From Proteromonas lacertae (lineage: Eukaryota): a stretch of DNA of 20,000 nt. A program made the translations under genes and the position numbers. Below the pieces are notes generated by a model. It was not told the origin of the DNA. It worked only from the letters and a program-made list of their open reading frames with translations, and did no database searches. The DNA lies in assembly GCA_002245135.1 (NCBI GenBank), contig NGBS01000032.1:48541-68540 (forward strand), written 5' to 3'. Shown in pieces: positions 1-11,612 of the stretch. Within the stretch, counting starts at the first letter, position 1, and every line of letters starts with the position of its first letter.

Positions 1-1
1 T

Positions 2-3000
2 CAGAAATCAGTTAGTAATGAAAGATATACTATTAATATAGGTTGGAAAGATGAAAAAGGACAACCTAATATCAATCGTATCTATAAAGAAGATACATTA
101 TTGAAAGAAGTAATCCATAACTTTGATTTAACTACAGTAGGTACCGATTTATTCGTATATCAAGATGTTGGTACTAAGAAATTAAAGATAGGTAATGGAA
201 CTGATATTATGAGTGAAAAGAATACGTTTATTACATTAGATGGTGCTGATGGTCAAGTACAATACTTTAGTTTTGGTTCTAATGGCAATAGAATTATTTA
301 TGATATAACAGAGATTGGTCCAAAAGATAGTGGTTCATCACCATCATGTGTGATTGAAGTTGGCACTGATACAATCAAAGAAATTGAACTTTATGCCATT
401 AGCTGTAACAATTGTATTTTCCAGAGAAGTATCTAAATTTACTAAAGAAAAGATTGAAGTAACTGGAGGTACATTCTATGAAGAAATGAGTGTAATTAAT
501 GCAACTTCTTATTTAGTATATTTATATCCAAATAGAGATAGTTCGACTGTAAAGATTATTGTTCCTGCTAATGCTGCTATTGATAAATCAACCAGTATTC
601 CATCTACTGCATCTAATGAGATTGTATATAATCTGGAAGATGATATTACTCAAGTAAGAGTTCCACCATTAAAGAACGAATTTAAAATATTCTATAAATC
701 ATTCAAATTCGCTGATACTCAAAAATTGAATTTATTATTTGATGTTTTTACAACTGGTGGTGGTGTAAGAGTAGCATTATCAACAAATAATCAATTAAAT
801 AGTAATTATTACTTATTTGAATTTGGTGATAAATCTAATTCAAAGAACTCAATCAATTTAGTAAAGAAAGATGGTACAAAAGAAGAATTAGCAAGTTATG
901 ATAAAGCAACAGTATTACCTAATACCTATACAACATTATGGTTATCAATAGATTCAGGTAGAATCAGAATGGGTTCAGGTGATACAGTTGATTTACAACC
1001 TATCTGTGATACAACACAATTAAATATTATACCAATTAGTTACTTTACATTAGGTAGTAATAATGATGTAATTACATACTCCAATATCGTAATTGGTCCA
1101 GTAAAGAGTGGTTTCTTTGTAACGTTGAAAGCTGATTATAAGCAACCATTAGATACCTTCCCAGTACATGTTACAGCTACATGGAGTGAAGCAGCTAAAG
1201 ATTTCACTGTTACATCAATCTCATCAATCAATTGTAAATTATTTAACTTTTATAATAAAGATAATGGTAAGAACATCTTATATACATTTGATGTTATATT
1301 CTCAGGTAGTAATGATTGTAGTTTTAAGATTGATGATAATAAAGTCCACAATATGAATGGCAATGGTAATACAGCATCAGAGCCAATAGTTATCTTTCAT
1401 TCATCAGGTATTTATAATTATGAAATCACATCTCCCAATAAGAATGATTATAAGATATTCTATGAGAATTGGAAGTCAAATTCTACTACTGAATTATACA
1501 GTACATTCTCAATGAATTGTAAGAGGGATGCTTATGTTGGTTTAGTTAAAGATGAGAATGCTGAAGTAATCTATCAAATAGTATTAGGTGCTGATGATAA
1601 TACTAGAATATTATTACAAAGATATAATAGAAAAACAGGTGTATCAAGTACAATAGGTCAAAAAGGAAATCCAGTTTGTGCTGAAGGCCAATTTATTGAT
1701 TTCTGGATTGAATTTAAAAATAAAGAAGGTACTGTTGATATAAATGTCGGTGCAGGTACAGTAATTGGATCAAGTCCCTTAATATCAGGTTCAGATTATG
1801 ACAGTAATGTTGAAGCAAGATATGTTACCTTTGCTAATAATGAAGATAATGTTTATATTAAGAAGATATTAGTTGGTCCAGGTAGTGGTGATACTGATCC
1901 TCCAAAACCAATAATTTATACAAATACTGAAGGTACATGTACTAGTATTCCAGTAAGTGTAGATATCAGCTTCAGTGAACCAGTTACTGCATTAAATAAA
2001 AACAGTTTAGAAGTTACAAATGCAAAGATTGTTGATTTCTATGGTTATACTTCATATGTAGTTAAATTAATGCCAATTTCAACTTCATCACCAATGACAA
2101 TTAGATTGCCAAAAGGAGCTGTTCAAGATATGACTGGAAATCCAAGTGTAGAGTCTGAATTATTATCAATTACCTTTGATCTATCTGCAATCTTTGATTA
2201 TGAAATATCTGAAAGTGTAACTGATAAATATTTATTGTGGTTGGAACAATGGAAATCATCATATGAAGGCAATATGGAAGTTACATTCTCATTAGCATAT
2301 ACCCAAGATTTCTGCGTTGGTATATTATCAAGTCCAAAAGATGAATATCCAATATTCGATTTCTGTTATAATCACAATAATGTTAAAGGTTTAGTATTGA
2401 GAAATGTTACTGGTACAGAAAAGACAATATTAAAGACAGTGTCAGTTGATTTACCTTATGATTATTATGGTGTTCCATATTATGTATCTTATTCTAGTAA
2501 AAATAATACTATTAGATTTGGAACAGGTACATATTCTGACCATCAAATTATATTGGAATATAACTTGGTAAATGTTACTAAACAACCACAATATGTTTCA
2601 TTCACAAGTGCTGACAGTTATGCTACATTCTCTTCTATTATGGTTACTCCTTATGAAGGTGGCAGACCTTCAGTCAATATAGAATCATTAACACCATTAC
2701 CAGCAACTGTTTCACCAATTAAGATGAAAGCAACATTCACATTAGCACCATCTAGTTTCAGTGGAAGTACTTTAACAGTTACCAATGGTGAAATTATCAA
2801 TTTGAGTGGTACTGGTACAATTTATACATTTGATTTCTTGTCTTATGGTAATGGTTCAAGTACAATTCAATTACTAGAGAATAAAGTATTTTCAAGAGGT
2901 CGATATGGTAATATAGAATCACCACTAATCACAGTTTCATATGGTGAAAGTATTACTGATTATGAATGTCCAGCATTATACAGTAACTTCATTATTAAAT

Positions 3001-6000
3001 CACCTGTTTGGAGAACTAACTCTTATGGCACTTTATGGACTACATTCTCTGTTAGATGTAGTAATGAACTACTGATTCGATTCTCACCATGGTTACAAGG
3101 TGGATTCCCTAATTATATTATTAAATTAGGTAATAAAGAAAATAGTATTACTAGAGTAGAAGCAAAGAAGAGTTATGAAAGAAAATTTGATAGTGTTCCA
3201 ATGTGTAATCCTTATGCATATTTCGATTATTGGATTAGTCAAGAAAATAGTATAATTTTAATCGGTTCAGGTTCTAAATTAAATGATAAAGTCATATTCA
3301 AATATGATGAGACTCAAGCCGTACCAAGCCATTATGTATCATTCTCCTCTATATCATCATCAGTGAGTTATAGAAATATTCAAGTAGGACCATCTAATTC
3401 AACAACATTAGAATGTTTCTTGTATTCTGATGTTACTTTCCCCACTAATGTTACTAATATTCCAGTATATATACAATGGAATAAACCAGTGAATAACTTC
3501 ACAATTGCTTCTATCCAACCATTATATGCTAATGTAGATAACTTTGAAAAATTAAGTGATAATAATGATTTCTATAAATTCATTATGACTCCTACAAGAT
3601 GTGGTTTCTCAAGTGTTTATGTTAAAGAAGGTGCTGTTACAGTTGATGGTATTGAAAGTAAAGCTTCTGTTCCATTATACGCTGAATATTGTAATCTAAA
3701 ACCAGTTCCTAGTTTAAGAACAACAGCTCCAAGTCATTATTCAGCTTCTACTCCATTCACTATTAGAATTACATTTGCTACAACTGTGTATGGTTTTGAT
3801 ATTGGTGATTTTGAATATCCAAATTATGCTTGGTTACTTAGTTTCAGATCTGACTCAGAGACTTCTTATATATTAGAAGTAGCTCCATATGGTAATGCCA
3901 CTGAAAATGTAAATATTAGAGTAAAACCTAATAGTTTAACTGATTTATATGGTAATCTCAATGAAGCTTCACAAACAATCACATTACCACTTTATAATAC
4001 AATAGTTGATACATTCACAATTGCTACTAGTTTATTTAATGATGTATTGGTATTAAAACAATGGAGTACTGGTTTAGAAATGAATTCATGGATTACATTC
4101 AATGGAAGATGTACAAAGGATTTATTTATCACATTCTCTAAAGAATTAGATTCACCAGATAAGGACAGAATTAGAATCATTGTAGGTGGTGCTGATAATA
4201 GTAGAACTCAACTCATTGTAAGAGGTCATGAATATGTAGTAAAACCAATAGGTCCATGTATAGCAGGTGAAGATGTGAAGATGTGGGCTAAATTCGATAA
4301 AAGATTAATTCAATTTGGTACTGGTGAATTAGGTGAATCAGTAATAGCCTCTTATGAAGCAACTGAAGATTTGCCATTTAAATATCTTGGTTTGTCAAAC
4401 TGGATTGCTCCTGTTTATTATAGAAATATTAAGATTGGTCCAGCTGATGCAATTCCACCAAGAACAAGAACTGTAGCTAACATTAGAACTCAAGTCACAT
4501 CTACTAATCCAATTCATATTAATGTCACATTTACTAATGATTGTCTTAACTTCGATAAGAGTATGATTACATTCACTGAGAATGGTAAGATTGGTGAAGT
4601 AACTCAATTATCTAATACAATTTATACATTCGATTATACTGGTGTTGAAGGTGAGAATCATATTGATATTCCACAAGGTATTTGTAATGATACAAGTGGT
4701 AGACCTAATGATGCTGCATCTCCATTCTATTATACATATCAATTTGGTGTTTTAACAGGTGAATTCTCTACAGAAGTTCCATCCATTACAGCTCAAGCTC
4801 CAATTTCAGTCACAGTTACATTCTCTGCTATTCCAACTGATTTTTCACTCGTTTCTATTGAGATAACTGGTAGTGATGGTTATTTAGGTGAATTAGTTAA
4901 ATTAAGTGAAGATCAATATTCATTCAATGTATATGTAACTGATACTGAAGCTTCATATTTGTCAATTCCATTCAATACAATTCATGATAGTTTAAGAAAT
5001 GGAAATATTGAAATTGGTCCATTTGCTTTACCAAGATATGCTGAATCTTTAACCACCTTCAATGCTCCTGAAAATAGAAATAGTTATCCTTATTTCGCTA
5101 GTCAATGGACTGCTGTTCAAAGAGGTAATGTCAATGTTAGATTCCGAGCTAAGTGTACAGATGGTATTATTGTTGGTATTAGTCAAAATATGAGTCCAAA
5201 AGATGAATCAGGTTATATTGCCTTTAAATTAGGTATGTCTAATAATAAATTCAGTACAATCAGTCATGGTAATAAAGACTTTGCTACTAAAAATGTAGGT
5301 TTCTGTGCTGGTGATGATAAGGATGTAGATGTTTGGGTATTATATACAAATGGTAAAGCTTCTGCTGGTACTGGTGCAACTGTTGGCAGTGATACGAAGA
5401 TAGAAGCTACTATTCCTGAAGCTGATCGATATGGATTTAAATTCGTTTATTTCTCTAGTCATACAGCTAAAGTTTTATATTCATCTATTAATATTGGACC
5501 AGCAGGTATTATGCGACCAAAATTATCAATCGAAACATCTAGAGGTGCAGATGGTGCTATTGCAGCAATGATGACATTATCATCTGATGGTAATGTCTGG
5601 TGTGTAGCATTAAAGAATCCATCTAATAGACCATCTATTATTCAAATGTTGAGAGGTGCAACAGCTAAAGTAACTAGTCAACCATCATCTGTAGTTGTAA
5701 ACGGTTTATTAGGTGGTACAAGATATGATTTATGGTGTTATGCTGAAGATAATAATGGTGTTTCAATTACTAATGATAATATAGACAATGTTAAACAGAC
5801 TATAACTACAAGTGGTTCATCTAGTTATCCAATTGTTACAATAAAGACTATTGTTGGTAGAAGTACATCTATATATGTTGAATTTGACTTAACAATGGCT
5901 GGTATTATATATGTCTTACCAGTATTAACAGGTTCATCTGCTCCATCAATTGAAACAATGAAATCAAAAGGAACAAATGCAACATATATACTTGGTATTT

Positions 6001-6659
6001 CAGGTACAATAATAGTTAGTGGTTTAACTACTCATACATCGTTTGATGTTTATTTCTATGCTGAATCTTATGCAGGTTCACAACCACAAGAAGAAGTCGA
6101 TGGTTCTAAGAGAACAATAAGAACAGATGCATCATGTCCAATTGTAGATGATAAAGTATGTGCTGATCATGGTAAATGTAATGACGGTATCTGTGAATGT
6201 GAATATGGTTATCATGATAAAGATTGCGCTGTTACTTGTCCTGGTACTAACTTCGCTGGTCATGTTGAATGTGCTGGACATGGTACTTGTCAATTGAATG
6301 GTAAATGTCAATGTGATAGTACTCTATATTTAGGTGATGGATGTAATATGCAATGCCCAAATGATGGTATTGAAGCATGTGGAGGTATCAGTCATGGTAC
6401 TTGTCAATTCGATGGTAATAAAGCTTGGTGTGAATGCAGAGATAATTGGACTGGTAAACAGTGTACTAAGATGCCAAGAGGACCTTTAGGTGCTGGAGCT
6501 ATTATTGGTATAATTTGTGCAAGTTTGGTTGGTTTATGCATTATTGGTATTGGAAGTTATTGTTATTGTAGTGGACCATCAGTAGCTCGTAAATCAACAA
6601 AGAAGAGCAAGAAAGGAAAGCATCATCACCATGATGGTGATTTATTGAGCGAAGTGTAA
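2..6659 (+). CDS. Giant type I membrane/surface protein, 5'-truncated by the window: Methyltransf_FA-like domains alternating with bacterial-type Ig-like domains, 2 FN3-like, about 3 EGF, TM helix, short basic tail. One apparent +1 frameshift near 383.
   Basis: Frame 2 is open from nt 2 (QKSVSNERYTINIGW...EIGPKDSGSSPSCVIEVGTDTIKE) and continues as LNFMPLAVTIVFS in frame 3 (ORF 354..6659). FAMeT-like units end in IGP/VGP/VTP near 322, 1100, 1880, 2652, 3392, 4442 and 5501 (e.g. FNGRCTKDLFITFS...RIIVGGADNSRT...KMWAKFDKRLIQFGTGE...FKYLGLSNW). Ig-like units such as VDISFSEPVTALNKNSLEVTNA...GAVQDMTGNPS. FN3-like: GLLGGTRYDLWCYAED and GLTTHTSFDVYFYAES. EGF repeats at about 6135-6470. Hydrophobic AIIGIICASLVGLCIIGIG at about 6500-6555. 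Confidence 0.85.
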
Positions 6660-6832
6660 TTAATAAAACATAAAAACAAAAATTAGAGCTACTTTTAATA
6701 AAAAATTATTTCAACTTATTATTCATATGATTTCTCAATCTTAAATATTTGTGTTTTATTTTTCATCAATAATTTTCAATAACCAATTTTCATAGAAACT
6801 TCTAAAATTCTATTTTCAAAATCTTTTGCCCA

Positions 6833-8008
6833 ATGCCAATAGCTAATTTCAACTGGTATAATCCCACAAGAATTCTTTTTGGTAAAAATACCATCCCAGA
6901 AATGGGACAATATTTACCAGAAGACAAACACTACATCTTGTGTTACGGAGGAGGCAGTATCAAAAAGTTTGGAACATACGATGCTGTTAAGAAAGTATTA
7001 GGTAAAAGAACAGTAGAAGATTTTGGAGGAATAGAAGCAAATCCTGATTTCGACACTTTAATGAAGTGTGTAAACAGAATCAAGGAGATTGGAAGAGAAA
7101 AATGTTTCTTATTATCAATTGGAGGAGGTTCAGTGTGTGATGGAGTCAAATTCATTGCTGCTGCTTGTTATTGCAATGGTGATCCATGGGAAGATTTATT
7201 AATAAAGCAACAACCTATTACTGAAGCTGTTCCAATTGCTGTTGTATTAACATTACCAGCTACAGGAAGTGAAAGTAATCGTAATGCTGTTATATCAAGA
7301 AGATCAATGCATAGAAAGATTGCTATTGGTAGTCAAGCCTTATATCCAGTAGTAAGTGTATTAGATCCCGAGTTAACATACACATTACCAGATCATCAAA
7401 CTCATAATGGTGTAGTAGATGCCTTTGTTCATGTTTGTGAACAATATGTTACATGGCCATGTGATGCTGATTGTCAAGACAGATACAGCGAAGGATTAAT
7501 GAAAGCTTTAGTTAAGAACGGTGAGATTGCTGTTTCAAACCCTAAAGATTATACAGCTCGTGCTAATATAATGTGGGCTGCTAATCAAGCATTGAACCAT
7601 TTAATAGCGCAAGGTGTACCTGAAGATTGGTCAACTCATATGATTGGACATGAATTGACTGCAAATTTAGGATTAGATCATGGTGTTACATTAGCTATTG
7701 TTCAACCTCGATTATTTGAATATAAGATCGAGCAAAAGAAAGAAAAGTTAGCAATGTTAGGTGAAGCTGTATTTGGAATAAAGAATAGTGATAAATTATC
7801 TGCAGCTAAAGAAACAATCAAAGCAATAGAACATTTCTATCACGATGTTATGAAAGTTCCAACAAAAATCAGTGAATGTAAATGTAGTCAAGATAAAGCA
7901 TGGATTAAAGAAGTCTGTGATAGATTTAAGAAAGATGGTGTTAAATTAGGTGAACATCAGGATATAACCTCAGAAGATGTTGAAAAAATCTTAAACAAAT
8001 GTTATTAA
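6833..8008 (+). CDS. yqhD: Iron-containing alcohol dehydrogenase family, YqhD/butanol dehydrogenase (BDH)-like, probably NADPH-dependent; intronless
   Basis: N-terminal FNWYNPTRILFGK; YGGGSIKK (YqhD-type NADPH motif); GGIEANP; IGGGSVCDGVK; TLPATGSE; metal ligands DAFVH, HMIGH and HG. 391 aa, complete. Confidence 0.9.
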   Translation: MPIANFNWYNPTRILFGKNTIPEMGQYLPEDKHYILCYGGGSIKKFGTYDAVKKVLGKRTVEDFGGIEANPDFDTLMKCVNRIKEIGREKCFLLSIGGGSVCDGVKFIAAACYCNGDPWEDLLIKQQPITEAVPIAVVLTLPATGSESNRNAVISRRSMHRKIAIGSQALYPVVSVLDPELTYTLPDHQTHNGVVDAFVHVCEQYVTWPCDADCQDRYSEGLMKALVKNGEIAVSNPKDYTARANIMWAANQALNHLIAQGVPEDWSTHMIGHELTANLGLDHGVTLAIVQPRLFEYKIEQKKEKLAMLGEAVFGIKNSDKLSAAKETIKAIEHFYHDVMKVPTKISECKCSQDKAWIKEVCDRFKKDGVKLGEHQDITSEDVEKILNKCY

Positions 8009-8037
8009 ACTAATAATCTCCTTCAACTGTTTCACTT

Positions 8038-8045
8038 TGTTTGTT
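8038..8045 (+). promoter_or_regulatory. TGTTTGTT downstream polyadenylation element (Blastocystis-type)
   Basis: Exact TGTTTGTT 30 nt after the ADH stop codon. In Blastocystis this motif lies about 5 nt downstream of poly(A) sites. Confidence 0.55.
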
Positions 8046-8094
8046 TATTTTGTGAATGAAACGACTATATTTTTATTTATAAATATAAAAAACT

Positions 8095-9086
8095 ATGTTT
8101 TTCTTGCAAGCAATTCATATTCAAGGTATATTTTAAGGGTATTTAATTATAGATGATGCATTTTATAATAATATCAATTCAACTACATATGATTCTTCCA
8201 ATAGTACAATTTTCTTTATAATTTTATTCTAGGATATGTGGATTTAATTATGGAATGCATGAATCAAGCACCTCAACTTAGATCATTTACTTTATACTGT
8301 ATATAGTTGTGTGTTATATTCTTCAATTTAGCTTCTCTTTCACCTAGTGAGTGTATTTTATTATCATATTTTCCATTGTATCAACCATCTGTATTACATT
8401 CATCACTCATTAATCCTCGTTCTCCTGAATTACTTACTCAATTCAAAGATATTGATGTTCTGTCCAGATGTTCACTCTCTTTTTATAGTATATTAATTGA
8501 AATTGACAATATTTATTGGAATAGGAAATAGAATACTCTCAAAGTCTGAAATATATGAGATTATTTCAATTATTTTAACTCATCATTATTCCACCATTTT
8601 ATTTTTCAATAGTATCTTATTTACTATAGTTGTATTTCACTAGTACCAGCAATGGTTCGTTTTTTACATCCATCTTTCATAGAATTATCTAATATTCAGG
8701 TAATAATTACAGATAAAATAAAACCAAAAAGACTGTTAAGCTATAAACGAAATCTTACTTTTCTACATTCAATTTATTCATTAAAAGATACAGATATTAT
8801 ATGTCATTCAGCAAATCTATTATCAATATTAATAACTCTTCCAGAAATATATTTGAATGATGAAAATATCACTAATTTAATAATCAAATTGAAAGAAATA
8901 ATGGATAATAAACAAGTAGTAGAAATGTCAATTGAATATGAATTATTAATTATTACTCTATTAGAAAAACAAGAGTTTAAGAATATACTATGTAAGTTAT
9001 ATCCATCCTATAAATGCTGGAATATTCCTTCAGAGTATATTGATTATTATCAAAATGGACAAATTCAATTATTTAATAATAATGAC

Positions 9087-9118
<32 letters not shown>

Positions 9119-9747
9119 TAGTAAAAGATATTGGTTCAATTCCTATTAGTATATTTCGTAATATCTTTATTGGTTTAACATATTTTAATAAATTAGAATG
9201 GTTTACTTATTGTGATTTACCTTTAAATACAATAAGATCACTAATAATTTCAAATTGTTCTGTTTATTATAATAATTTAATTATGTTGGATTTGCATAGT
9301 ATGTAATTTTTGTATTTCTATTTTTCTGTAGATACGAATTTGACAAAGACAAAATGTTGTATAATCTCAAAATCATTAAAATACTTAACCAATTTGAAAC
9401 ATCTAAATATGATCGATAATCCAATCACTGATGATGGCTTAAAGTATTTATTGGATTATTTACCAACGAAAGCATCTTTAGAAACATTGAATTTAGAGAA
9501 TACAATGTTAACAGATAGATCTATACCATTATTTACATTATATTTATCTAAATTAATCAATTGTGAATCAATATTTGTTGATAGTAATTGTATATCATTT
9601 AAAAATAAGGAATGTATTGAAGAATTTTTAAATGTATTAAAATCAATTAAAAAATTAAGAACATTTTCATTAACTGATAATAGAATTGATAAAGAAGTAA
9701 AAAATATAATTAATAAATATGAATGTAAATGTATATCTATCTTTTAA
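8095..9747 (+). CDS. Spliced protein with C-terminal RNI-like leucine-rich repeats (8 exons)
   Basis: ATG at 8095. GT-AG introns at 8126-8152, 8204-8232, 8299-8331, 8488-8524, 8612-8643, 9088-9121 and 9299-9331 join ORFs 8307, 8652, 9040 and 9310 into one continuous frame. LRR motifs LKHLNMIDNPITDDGLKYL, LETLNLENTMLTD and LRTFSLTDNRI. Confidence 0.75.
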
Positions 9748-9888
9748 TTTCTTTTTTCTTAAATATATAAATCCCAACAAAAAACAAAAACAAATTTCTT
9801 TCATCAGAAAAACACCCTAAATTTAGGTTTGGTGATAATAATAATAATAATAATAGTGATTAACAAACTATTTTTACAATTATATTAT

Positions 9889-10248
9889 CTAACTAGATGA
9901 GGATGGCATTGTATCAGCTGATGAAGTTGTAGATGTGCTTGCTACAGTATTAACAACTCCTGTGTTATCTACTACTGGTACATTTACTGGAGGTTGCTGA
10001 GACTTGTATGCTTTATTTGTATAATTAAAATTGTTACTGTAATTCTGTTCATTTGGTGGGATATTGTTGTTGTTATAACGTCTTTGATAAGTTCCATTAT
10101 TATTTTTATGATAACCTCTACCATCGTTATTATGAAAACTACGCATTCTTTGGTTATTATTATGATATCCAGATTGAATTCCTCCTTCTTCACTTCCACT
10201 TGTTCCTGCTGCTACTTCTGAACTATCAACTACTGAACCATCTGTACT

Positions 10249-10280
<32 letters not shown>

Positions 10281-10919
10281 GATTCTTTCTATGATTAGCT
10301 GGAACTTGACGTATTTGTTCTTTACCATGCGCAAATTGACACATATCTCCATATTTACATTCTCCTGTTGCTAGAAAGTTTTTACATAACTCAGTTTTGT
10401 ATAAAGCTGATTTTGCTGCTCTTGGTAAACCATTCATATTGTTATAATACTGTTGTTGTTGAAATTGCTTTCTTTGGAACGGTGTATAATAAGGAGCTGA
10501 AGGAACATAGTATGGTGGTGGATAATAGTATGGCCAAGATCCTGGAGGAGGAGCAGAAGTAGGATTTGTTGATGATGTTGAACCTGGTACAGATGAGTCC
10601 ATTGGAATATAAGACATATCCATCTGCTGCTGGTATTGCATTTGAATTGCATTCATCTCACTAGCATCCATTGGAGGAGGAAGTGATTCCTAATTTAATA
10701 TATAAACACATTCATATTATACATCTGGTGATGAAGAAGTCCAGTAATTCTGTTGTTGCATCACTTGAGGTGCTGATGGAGCAGACGATGAACTACCTAA
10801 AAATTAACTAATACTATCATAACAATACCAGAATTCTGTTGAGCTTCATAAGACTGAGGCTGTAGCTGATTTCCATGAGCAATTGAACCTCCAACCATAT
10901 TGCTGTCATTTTGATCCAT
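9889..10919 (-). CDS. TIS11/ZFP36-like CCCH zinc-finger RNA-binding protein with Q/N/P/Y-rich low-complexity regions (3 coding exons)
   Basis: ATG at 10919 (MDQNDSNMVGGS...). Introns 10797-10828 and 10690-10722 lead in frame into ORF 9889..10671. Single finger YKTELCKNFLATGECKYGDMCQFAHG (C-x8-C-x5-C-x3-H with the YKTEL leader). Confidence 0.85.
10249..10281 (-). repeat. (CAA)11 microsatellite encoding polyglutamine
   Basis: TTG repeated 11 times on the + strand, inside the CCCH gene (QQQQQQQQQQQ). Confidence 0.9.
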
Positions 10920-11248
10920 GAACTTTAAGTCACCGGAGAACTATAGAAAATAAGTTCATATAAGTATGAATAATAATGAAAAAAAGTATAATGATAAGAA
11001 AAGACTATTCAGGTAAGAAATATACTCCAATTCAAAAAAAAATAATTTGGGTGTTCCAAAATATTATTTCTTGGGGTTTGAAAATAAATAATCAATTAAA
11101 ATCTGTTTTATAAACTACTTGATAGTTTTACTCTCATTAATCTATATAATGACACAATAATTAAAAATCCAATAAGGTTTTGTGAAAATCAATGTCTATC
11201 AATATTTTACTTAATATATATATATTCTATTATGTGTATAATATCTAG

Positions 11249-11455
11249 TTGACATTATTTGATGATGTTGATTATTGGATAGAAATAGCTTGTCCAAGGT
11301 TGTGTATAGATTGGGGAACTGGCTTTTCCAAACCAGTTTTAACTCCCTATGAGTTTTATTGTTGTATTGGTGAATGTGAATATAAAGCAATTTATCCAAT
11401 GGATTGGTATAGTAAAAACAGTGGTAAATGGGGTAATTATTATAAAAGTAAATAA
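11249..11455 (+). pseudogene. DPH1: Orphan 3'-terminal exon of diphthamide biosynthesis protein 1
   Basis: [35 protein letters not shown]...YPMDWY matches the DPH1 C-terminal signature (VDAWVQ.ACPRLSIDWG..F.KPLLTPYE...YPMDFY). It follows a splice acceptor (TCTAG, AG at 11247-11248). No upstream DPH1 exons are recognisable. Confidence 0.75.
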
Positions 11456-11612
11456 AATATTAAGTTTTGTTGATGTTAATGTTTGTGTATTTGTTAATGA
11501 TGATAATATAATGTGTTTGATAAAGAATGGCTGAGTTATAAGAATAAAACAAATTATATCGTTTCAGAAAGTTCAAACATAGTTTGATATTAAATTTTGA
11601 TTTTTATAACGA

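Noticed and set aside
359..380. 22-nt GT...AG segment that would also fix the frame break in the giant gene
   Set aside because: Shorter than the well-supported introns here, atypical GTTGGC/AAAG ends, and removal would make the linker about 5 aa shorter than in the sister repeats. A 1-nt indel fits better.
101..436. ORF 101..436 as a separate small gene, and TTG 354 as a start codon
   Set aside because: The frame is open from nt 2 and encodes the same repeat unit as the downstream ORF, so both are parts of one gene.
1168..7155. Short alternative-frame or antisense ORFs (1168, 3992, 4395, 6943)
   Set aside because: Shadows of long, well-supported CDSs with no recognisable motifs.
9816..9853. 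CCTAAATTTAGG palindrome (telomere-like) and (AAT)n run between convergent genes
   Set aside because: Single short occurrence, expected in AT-rich DNA; no tandem telomeric array.
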